This document shows, piece by piece, positions 53,955-64,000 of a stretch of 64,000 bases of DNA. Source of the stretch: Octopus vulgaris (lineage: Eukaryota); NCBI GenBank assembly GCA_951406725.2, contig OX597816.1:134788001-134852000 (forward strand), given 5' to 3'. A program made the position numbers and the translations under genes. The notes under the pieces were generated by a model. It was not told the origin of the DNA and ran no database searches. It saw only the letters and a list, made by a program, of their open reading frames with translations. Position 1 is the first letter of the stretch. Each line of letters opens with the position of its first letter.

Positions 53955-54193
53955 GGGCGCAAGCATAGCTGCGTGATTTAGAAGCTCGTTTTGCGAGAAC
54001 GTGGTTTCAAGTTCAGTCCCATAGTGTAGTATCTTGGGCAAATGCCCTCTACTATAGTCCCGATCCGAACAATGCTTTGTGAGTGAATCTAATAAACGGA
54101 AACTGCGCGGAAGCCTGTCATACACACGCACACATACAGGTGTGTGTATCCTTGTGTCTCTACTTGCCCCTCCTACTTGACAAACAGTGTTGG
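53955..54193 (+). mobile_element. Degenerate SINE family C, truncated where the PLE fragment begins
   Basis: GGTTTCAAGTTCAGTCCCA..CTTGGGCAAATG..TTGTGAGTGAATCT..CTTGACAAAC. Confidence 0.7.
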
Positions 54194-54194
54194 G

Positions 54195-54850
54195 AAGTCA
54201 ACCGAAATACTACCGAAATACTACACCAGATTTAAAAATACTTCCCTACATCTCCACACATAACCTTAGAAACAATGAAGCCTTCAACATTATCATCCAA
54301 AATCTACCCATCCTCACAGGGGATAAAACAATGAACAAAATTTTAGGCTCACACATAATTATCAAAAGCATAACGCAACCTAAATCATTGAAAAAAAATA
54401 TTAACCAGCGCAAGACTATATCCATTAAAAACGGAGCCAAAAGTGAAAAAATGTGGTCGACCTAACTGTGGTACATGCCCCCACCTTTTGGAGGGTTCAG
54501 AGTTCCACTTTAAACAAGGTGAAATATTTAAGATTAAATCAAATTTCACCTGTGCCTCGGAAAATCTAATCTATGCCATTACATGCTTAGGGTGTGGTAA
54601 TCATTATTTTGGCCAAACAAGGATATCACTCCGTCGAAGAACCACTCTCCACAAAGAACAAATTCTCCACCCACAATACAGTCAGATACAGGTCAGTGAA
54701 CACATAGAAAGGTGTGCTAGGAACCTTAATCCGAATTTCCTAATTTTCCCCTTCTATCAATGTTCACAGAACACCTCAGTACAACAAAGAATGAATAAAG
54801 AGGCAACTTTCATCAATAAATATCTTCCACAACTCAATATGAACACATAA
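54195..54850 (+). pseudogene. Penelope-like (Neptune-type) ORF 3' part: linker, Zn finger and GIY-YIG endonuclease, frameshifted
   Basis: ILPYISTHN...QPKSLKK, then CGRPNCGTCPHL, FTCASENLIYAITCLGCGNHYFGQT...LRRRTTLHK...VSEH...KEATFINKYLPQLN. Confidence 0.9.
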
Positions 54851-55028
54851 CTTAATACAGAACACTACTAACCTTTCAGTTAATACCACCCATACATCCC
54901 ATACACCATTCACATTACAGATCTATATCTACCCTAATTGCACCAAATCCAGACCTACTTACCTCCCTTACACATAATCTTTTTACTCAGGGACTAGTAA
55001 ACCCGATACCGTTCTGTAATCGGTGTGC

Positions 55029-55076
55029 ATTCAAAGCAGTGATCAGTGATTTTACGAAACCGGTATGCTTTTGAAT
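55029..55076 (+). ncRNA. Degenerate hammerhead in the PLE 3' pLTR
   Basis: ATTCAAAGCA-GTGATCA (for CTGATGA)-GTGAttTTAC-GAAA-CCGG-TA-TGCTTTTGAAT, ~180 nt downstream of the GIY-YIG stop. Confidence 0.65.
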
Positions 55077-55274
55077 CTCTTTAACAATTTATAATAATGA
55101 CTTTTATTACTTTTTATTCCTACCTCAGTTCATCTAATTATATATACCTAACGTTACTTTTCATAAAAATGCTTTACTTTTTCTGATTTTTAATGTGCAT
55201 TTTCGCTTTTTCTTCTTACTTTCCCCTTACATTTCCACGTGTAGTTTCTATTTTCTTTTTGTAACATATTCCTA

Positions 55275-55377
55275 TTATATTTATATATATATATATTTAT
55301 ACACACACACACACACATATATATGTACATATATATATATTTATACACACACACACATATATACATATATATATATT

Positions 55378-55457
<80 letters not shown>

Positions 55458-55564
55458 CACACACACATATATTTATACACACACACATATATATATATAT
55501 ACATATATATATATTTATACACACACACATATATATATATACATACATATATATATATTTATAT

Positions 55565-55609
<45 letters not shown>

Positions 55610-55743
55610 CACACACATATATATATACATGTATATATATGTATATATATATATATGTATATATATATATGTATATATATATATGTATATATATATATAT
55701 GTATATATGTGTATATATATATGTATATATGTGTATATATATG

Positions 55744-55776
<33 letters not shown>

Positions 55777-55900
55777 GTATATATATATGTATATATATAT
55801 ATATGTATATATATATATGTATATATATATATGTATATATATATGTATATATATATGTATATATATATGTATATATATACATATATATATACATATATAC
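55275..55900. repeat. Complex (TA)n/(CA)n/(TATATG) microsatellite block
   Basis: Direct inspection. Confidence 0.95.
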
Positions 55901-56475
55901 ATGACAGACTAACCCAGAAACAAAAAAAAAATCCTTTTGATTCCACAATGCTCTCCCCCATCAATCAACCTCCCACGCTATTTTCTAAAACTAGCAAACA
56001 TTCCTCACACACACACTACAGGACAGGCGATGATGGATGGAAAGGTTGGTCATGCCCCTAAAATTCTGGATAAATCCTTAAATATGATTCCTTCTGTATA
56101 TATGCTTCTACACAACCATGATTTTTGATGAACTTAAGATAATTATAAATTTATTTTACTACCTATTTTGAACACTTTCATGTAAACTGTTTAAACAAAA
56201 AGTCCCTCTTAACATTTTCTTATCACTGTCAAATATTCTATTTTTTTAAACATTTTCTTATTATCAAAGACTGCATAAATGTACTTTAATTCAATTATGA
56301 TAACCATTTTTTAACCCCAAAAAGCTTATACAAAGCTTTATATTTTACTTTCGATAATCTTCTTTTAAAGAAAGTGTAACTTGTCAAGTCAATAAACATC
56401 TTTAAAAGACCTCTGCATTTTCAAATCTCTTTCCTATATATTTTCACGCGTGCGGTACCGTGCAAGTTTACTTTG

Positions 56476-56532
<57 letters not shown>

Positions 56533-58162
56533 CTCCCCAGTCATTTTTAGAAGTAGGGTTATCTTCAATCAAAGAGTGAATGTAGCTGTAAACAGCCGAT
56601 GGGTCGAAATTATCGACTGCCTTATTATTTTCCATGGGAGAAAGGAGATTGAGTGAGAGAAAGTTACAAGGAAAAATAAACACAGATCGTAGAAATGACT
56701 TTAAGCACATTATCTTTTAAAGTAGATTTTGATCTTTTACATTAGGTTTTTAAAATAATTATTTCAAAGATTAGCGCATTGTCGCAAATTTGGGGGTGAC
56801 TTTAATTAATTAAATAGACCTAACCATTTGATTGGTTCATATTTTATTGATTTTACAGGCAAATACGTACAAACAAATCTGATGGGATTTGATCTCAGAA
56901 CATAAATAAATTCAGCAAAGCCGGGTTGTGGGATGAGGAGGGTGCCTAAGACATTGAAGGAGACTCTATGGAATATATAACTTTCTTCAATGTCTAGAAT
57001 TCCTCTATGTTCACATTTTCAGGAACTCAAACTGAATTTCAGTTGCATCAGTCTCACTAAACTAGTCGTACCCACAAGAAATTGAACCCTCTTTAAAATT
57101 GACTGAAAAGTATTTGAAGTTCAGTAAATTATTTCTACACGGCCGTCGGAAATGGATCGTGTACTTCGTTTGTTGGAAGCTTATTTCTGTTCTAAGATGA
57201 TATCTGTCCATTAAAATGTTCAATTTAAGAGGCTGAGAAATTGTTTTTACTCAGTATTCAGCAATCTTTTCCCAATTTTAATCGCTTCAATTTGAGCAGT
57301 GAGAGTTTACAGCTGATATCACGTGCTTACCCCCCCTCATACAATTAATCAGAGATAAATTAGTCTTCAGCGATTTGAAATTTCTTTTAAGATGTCATAT
57401 GCTCTTAAGAAAAGGAAAGGAAACAGCTGCAAAATATCACTAGAAAATATTCTCAAGCGCGCACTCACACATTGCTTTCTTGTTTTCCATAAAGTGTGTT
57501 ACTGTAATGAATCTATCCCAGCTCTTCGATGCGGTTATGAGGGATTCCTTCTCTCGGAAAAAAACTCCTGTTTTCGGGAGAATACTGGACCTGTTGTGTA
57601 TTAATAGTTAAACTATTTTAATATTTTCTAAATTGATATTTATTCACATACACAAATTGATAAAATATACCCCGCTCTTCAATATTGGCAATCTTTTAAC
57701 TAACCCTTAGATTTGGAAGACTAATTCGATTCTGATCTGAACTCTGCTCTATCCAGTTATACAATGTAATGAATCTAGACTGGCTCTATACTGACCCTCC
57801 ACTCTCTCATTTACTCTGTTATATTAAAGACAATGAAAGAAGACATGAATTATTCTAGATCAATTCTTCGCAAAGTGAACGATTCTGACCCTTGGGGGCG
57901 GAATTAATACGGATACTGGGTATAAAGGGGATGATAGATGTAGTGTTTGCCTTCATCTCCTATTTAAATATCAACTTTTATGCAGCATTTAGATGAACTG
58001 CTAGTTAGCTGCAGTCATAACGGCAATAACAATGACAGCATCAACAAAATAATATACTTCGAAATGTCAATAAGTAAATAAACCCGAATGTTTATAGCAT
58101 TCGTTTATTGTACAGTATTGCTATATAAAGTAGTCACTCGTGTGAAGCTACCATCCAGAACT

Positions 58163-58253
58163 AAATTACTCTACCCTAAGATTAAGAGCCAAAACCAAAT
58201 TACTCTGCCCTAAAATTAGGAGACAGAAACAAATTACTCTGCCCTAAAATTAG
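58163..58253. repeat. Minisatellite, 3 units of ~34 bp
   Basis: AAATTACTCT(A/G)CCCTAA(G/A)ATTA(A/G)G repeated. Confidence 0.8.
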
Positions 58254-58331
58254 GTGTATGTTCACTAAAAATGGGTCGTTAAATTGTAAACAAGGAAAGG
58301 TTGTAAAAGAAAAAGGCTGATAGTTAAAATG

Positions 58332-60467
58332 ATTCTTTATTGCCCACTAGGGGCCAACATAGATGGGGAAAGCACAATCTGATTTGGGGTCAGATACACG
58401 ATATGATTTCAACATAAAGTTACGTTTAAAAATTAAACATATAATTATATAATCGAATGATTTACATTAAGCAAAGGACAAAAACAAATGGACTGGTGTT
58501 TGGGTTCAGCTCCGACCCCATGAGCCCCAATCCATCACCGATACCTTTCCAAGACTCTTTATGGCGTACTCACTCGGTTACATCCACTCGCAACACTCGT
58601 GCTACATACTTCCATCTGTCATAGAACAGACAACTCTTCTCCAGCCTCACTTTCCTTTTCAAATGAAAAGCGAAATACCTTTGTAAGGCGAAGTCAGAGA
58701 TTAAGCTGCCTGCCTTTGTTCCTTTCATCCTTGTCTTCCATACCACCTCTTTCGCTATTACGATGAGAAAACAATTCTTACCTTCATTTGACAACAATTC
58801 AGCTGGGTCAATTTTTATAATTGACTCAGTCGATAGCTGTACTCTTCCTGCACCAGACAACACATAGAGCGTCTTACAAGTGGCTTCGAACCCTTTCACA
58901 AAAAGTGGAAGAGCTGTCTTTTCGGGCAAGGTAATGATCGATGCGATGAACACATTGGCCACCTCCACCCTCCCTTTCAGGGATAGCCACCGCCATGACC
59001 AGGTCTTGACTAAGTAGGCCACCCTTCTCGAAACCTCGGCCCAGTTCTTCTCTACCTGGAGATCCGGTCCAAACTAGCAACTTAACCGGCCCCTCCGTCC
59101 AGCGTCCTACGACGCTGTCTGTAGGCATCGACTTACCCCTTCAGGTGCTGAGTTGTAAGCCAACCGATTTTTCCCGGTTAACTTTTGTTCCTGCCACCGT
59201 CTCGTAAACCTCAATAGCCTTGCCTACCTCTTGTAGGTGTTCCATTTTGGTCACGCTGATGGTGATATCATCCGCATAAGCTGAAACAAATTCTCCATAT
59301 CCTGGTTCTCTCGGGATGCCACTCAACCTTTGCAGTAATGGCTCGAGAGCCATCACATACAAAAGTGGTAAAACTAGACACCCTTGACGAACCGAGTGTT
59401 TGATACAGAACGGTCTTTACATTCATTACGAATGTGGTCTAACTCACCACATTGGAAACATCTAGGTTTTCGCCCCTCAACAATGACTATGAGGGCTTCC
59501 GCCCATATTTAAATTTTTTATGGAATTTTCCCCCGAATTTTGGGTTCTACTTGTATGATCATACTGATGGTCTGTCCAGACCAATTTGTTTTCTGTGTAA
59601 CTGAAGCCTAGAGGAGCGTAATTTTCTCCTCCTGGTTCATTATAACAGTCGTCACTAGCCACATGGGATCTATCTTTGGAGGGATTCTTCCAATCCTTAT
59701 TCTTTATATTCTCAACCCCATGTACATGAAGATGAGTGCCACATCTTCTGTTTTCAGTGTTTCCACCTAGTGGTATTTCACCCTTTCTTCATTGTTCATC
59801 CTCACCTCTATCGTTCCGAATTTCTTCCCTCTTATCGATGTCACACCAAATAGCTTTTAAACATTTTTCTATTTTCTCTTCTGATATCTCGTTGATTTTC
59901 CGACTTTTTAAGTCTTGCAAATTATCATTTTCCCCCCTCTCCTCTTGTAATAGTTTCTCTGGTGGTTGAACTTTCACCACGTTTCCATTTTTTAAAACAT
60001 TGTGTTGTATTTTTTAAAATTCATTTTTACTCGTCGAGAGTTACCGGGTTCTACCCCCGGCTGCTGAGGCGAAACTTTTTTCTTTATTTTCCTCCTCTTT
60101 TTGCACACTAAGTGTATCAATCATTCTCTTAGATACTATGCTTTTAGTCCCATGCAGCAGACTTGGTAACTCCTCTTGTGTATTCGTAGGAGATCCTTCT
60201 GTTGAACTTGGCATGTCTTCCAACATGTTCTTCATGGTTTCCTTTGGCTTATCGCCACACGACATTTCTTTCTTCAACACAATAATTGTAGTTATTCCCC
60301 GCAACGGGGGAATGAATAATAAAGGCTTTCAACAAGCAATATACAGTCTTTGGTAATAATTCAACTATGTTAACAATTCAGTATAACAGATAACAAGGTA
60401 GTCAGAATAAAACACAACTCACAAGTGGAAACACACACAAAACCAAACGAAAAAATGGGGTGGAGGG
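58332..60467 (-). mobile_element. Internally deleted, end-complete Tx1/L1-like LINE with 14-bp TSD
   Basis: TSD TGATAGTTAAAATG (58318-58331, 60468-60481). ORF1 remnants with SFASAAG and knuckle CFQCGELDHIRNEC; RT motifs SVRQGCLVLPLLYVMALE, SAYADD, KVNREKS, LSLKGRV; ORF2 C-terminus; 3' UTR with AATAAA. Confidence 0.9.
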
Positions 60468-60700
60468 TGATAGTTAAAATGTTTGTGAAGCATTGTTCTA
60501 GAGATAAACAAATTCTATATTGTATTGCTTATATTCATTCATGTGATAAGGTAATGTTTCTTCTATTTTCTATCAGGTACAATCGTTAACTTTTTCGAAC
60601 TTTCATCATACTCTTTTAGTGTTCGATGTAAATCGTAGGACAAAGGTTCGAATTCTGTTGGTGTTCACTATTCTCTACAGCATTAACCTTCCGTATAAAG

Positions 60701-60912
60701 AAGGCGGTGAGCTGGCGGAATCGTTAGCACGCCGGGAAAAATGCTAAGAAGCATTTCCTCCGTCCTTACGTTCCGATTCTAAATTCCGCCAAGGTCGACT
60801 TTGCCTTCCATCCTTTCGGAGTCGATAAAATAAGTATCAGTTGAACACTGGGGTCGATGAAATGACTTAGCCCCCTCCCCGATATTGCAGCCTTGTGTCA
60901 AAATTTGAAACA
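60701..60912 (+). mobile_element. SINE family M variant (alternative tail)
   Basis: Head and core match; diverged TSD CTTCCGTATAAAGAA / CTTCCATGTAAAGAA. Confidence 0.85.
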
Positions 60913-63249
60913 GATCTTCCATGTAAAGAATAGTGTTAAGGGTTTACATTTAGATAAAGTTTAGTATTCTCTGTTGATTTTATTCCCCTCATCAGCAAGA
61001 GCACATTTCAGCATCGTCGGCACAGTTCACGGTCAATTCTATTTATTGTAGTGAATTCAACACTAGAATTGATCTATTGATTCATTTTGTATGAATACTT
61101 CTTTCAGACATGTGCGCAATGTCACAAATCTTGGCGGAGAGAGTGGGTGTAGGGGTGTAATAGCATATAGCGGTATTGATTTAAATGACCCCACGTTGTA
61201 CATTACTAGTACGTATCCAAGCTAACGAGGAAACTACTCGCCTTGCTACGAATAGAAGCCGAATCTCTTCAAACCACACCCTACTGTCTTACAACAGGAA
61301 GGGCACGTTGGATAATGTAACTCCAGATAAACGAAAAGGAGCGATGTTTCGTATGTAATCCAGTTTTTCCAAAACTACTGAAGTCGGCAGAGATCGTCGT
61401 TTGCTGGAAATTTGATAAAAAAAAAAAAATGTTTTCTTAAAAATCAAACAGAAGTTATATAAATTTGATGTAACAAAATGGTATTTGTAAGATCTGAATT
61501 TTGTAAATTGTTTTTGCTTTATTTCATTATAATTGGTTTAATTATAAGGTAAAATATAATAATTAGACAACATAATACTGTTGAAAGAATTTAGCAAATA
61601 GCGTAAACAGTTTTCGCCAATCTCAGGAGGATTGCCGATACACCTTATAATATGCATTTATGAAATAGTTATTATACCAGTTAGCTATAGTTCCTCGACG
61701 GACACCGACTAGGTCCAAAACTTGTTTGCAGTTAGCAGCTGCCCATCAATAAGTAAGCTTTACGTGGTAAGACAATAGCATATGGGACCAAGAGAAGAAA
61801 AAAAATTGTCCAATACTTTGATAATACCTGCATCTACAACACCTCCAAGCTTATGCATCTGAACATGTGTGGTGATTAACCAAACATATTGGTTCATTAC
61901 AGCAAACCGCTGAATTATGTATTTGTCCCAACGATGCTTGAAAGTTAATGATATATATCCTGTACGACATAATTCTTACCAGTTAACCAAACTTTCAGTT
62001 TCAAAGATAAACATTTTAAAGAAAAACATTCATCTCATTGCCGAATTTAGTCGAGTACTACTGAGCATTGTTTTATTTTCATTTTATTATGATGAATTTT
62101 GCTGACTTAAGTAGTTTCACTCTTAGGATCACAAAAAACGAAGCACCGCCATGAAAATATAACATGGCCAGAACTGAAATGTCATTGATAAAGGGTTTTG
62201 CTTGACCAGGACTTACCTGGGGACAAAACAACAACAAATAGTACTTATATTATCGATCTAGTTCGATGAAAAGCAATCCAGTTCTGGAAATTAAAACATA
62301 CTGGAAAGTAGCTAAATATCACAAGGTGTTTTGTCCAATGCTCTACCGATTCTGCTATATACGATCATATATTGATAATAATATTTTCTATCAGAGGCAC
62401 AAAGGCCACACATTTTAAAGGGAAGGGATAATTAATTATATTGATTTCCATTAACTGATCGATACTTATTTTATCGACTACGCATCGATCTCGGCAGGAT
62501 TTGAACTCTAAATGTAAAGAAAGGAAAGTAAATACCGCAAGGTATTCTGTCTGACCATCTAAATATTATCTAATGCATCATATCTCTTAAAATACCAAGC
62601 TTGGATCCTATAAATTTAATTCAGAATGTAAAGTAGAAACATTTATTTTGCTTGATAGTCGATATTAAATACTTTGAGTTTTAATTTTTCATAGTTAAAT
62701 TTATCAAAATACCCAACAGCTATATTATTATTAGTTTAGTTCAGTTTAATGAGGTTGTTAACGCGTGACTGCAATGATTGAGTTTCGCAATAATTGATTT
62801 ACCCATCATAGAAATAATGTCTCAAAATCGAAAAAATAAATGAAGAAACACATCGTAAACAAAATCTGAAGAACAGGTGAACTTTGAAAATACACTGGAT
62901 TTTATAGCTTTGTCATATAATTTGTATGAATGTTAAACTGAAATCTCTTGTACAACGAAGTGATTTCGGATTTGGATTTGAAGCTAGAATAGAGCTAAAA
63001 TCAATTAGTCCATGAAGCACGTCAGTTAGCGGTACCATTTGGAGGTGAATACACCTAAATGGTATTAAAATGTTTATAGTGTCACTATGAGTGTAAAACA
63101 ATGTGGTAGCTCTTTCAGCTCGGTAGCTTTGTTTTTTTTTTTTTGTTTTTTTTTTGCAGATTTATGAAATTTCACCAATACTCATACTGAAGTACTTCTG
63201 TGCATGATGACTCCAACACATATGACATCGTTCATATATCTAGCAGAAA

Positions 63250-64000
63250 TTAAAACTCCATTTCGTCTCTAATGACCAGAACAAGTGCCTGGTATACTTA
63301 GACAGTCTTGTCAAAAAGACCACAGACTGGATTAGGAGCTGCGAGAATTAAAGACAATTCTGTCTGGGGATTCTCTAGCCACAGCAGCTGTGCAGCTAAG
63401 ACAACAAATAAAGAAACAAGATCTCAGTCAAACATGACCACCAAGCACCGATCAAAATGTCATTCCCGACACTGCTACCAAATTTCTCTATTCCTTGTTG
63501 ACTGGGGAAAACCAGTGTACAATTCTCACAGAAAGGGTCAAGCGTCTTGCTACTTCTTTTGGAAGTGACCTGGTGTTTGCTGTTACCTGTGGCAAAACAA
63601 AGCCACCGAAGCACATACTTCTGCCATATGCTGTGAAGTCTCTTACAGGAAACACCGAATTGATACGGACACTGAATCGCTTTGGACACAGCCTTTCTTA
63701 CTCACAGATTGAAGGGATTAACACAGCCCTTTACGTTCAGAAGTTGGAAGTTTCGGAAGATGGCACATCACTACCCAGAAACATCTACCCAGGTGTATTC
63801 ACAACTGTAACTTGGGACAATATTGACCGCCTTGAAGAGACTCTTAGTGGTAGAGGCACCTCCCACAGAGTCAACGGCTTCGCCGTCCAGCCTAAAGTTT
63901 CAGGGCTCATGCCACAAAATGTTGTGTCTATAGTTACCAATTCCAAGAAAAGAAGCATTAGTTCTCCTCCATTGTTGCTACAGATTTATAATGATGGGCA
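63250..64000 (+). pseudogene. Large DNA-transposon protein fragment, probably Academ-type transposase; runs off the window
   Basis: Frame open from ~63438 to the window end: SFGSDLVFAVTCGKTKPPKHILLPYAVKSLTGNTELIRTLNRFGHSLSYSQIE...WDNIDRLEETLSGRGTSHRVNGFAVQ. Upstream stop and frameshift. Family assignment is from memory of the DNxD..ET..G..TxH motif. Confidence 0.6.

Overview
AT-rich eukaryotic DNA saturated with microsatellites. The tRNA-derived SINE families and repeat landscape point to an octopus (cephalopod) genome; this is an inference from memory, not a database result. I see no intact host protein-coding exon. Nearly all ORFs in the track are translated (CA)n/(TA)n/(CATA)n repeats, and the window looks like intergenic DNA or one very large intron (possible non-coding first exon at about 5430-6194). 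Recognisable content is mobile DNA: more than 20 SINE copies from several modular families; decayed LINEs (RTE, Hero/R2-like, two Tx1/L1-like); Penelope-like (PLE) GIY-YIG fragments; Tc1/mariner relics; a non-autonomous Helitron; a telomere-repeat-containing fold-back MITE nested in a mariner MITE; and a probable Academ-type transposase fragment. The main result is a set of type I hammerhead ribozyme motifs with minimal palindromic stem III. Two have intact cores (22145-22251 +, 40812-40874 -) and sit in related, non-coding, circularly permuted monomers of about 490 and 565 nt inserted into (TA)n tracts, resembling retrozymes or non-autonomous PLEs. Further degenerate hammerheads occur, one directly behind a PLE endonuclease ORF. 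A second result is a TSD-bounded, internally deleted Tx1-like LINE whose 3' end matches the tail of one of the two most abundant SINE families here, suggesting a SINE-LINE partnership.
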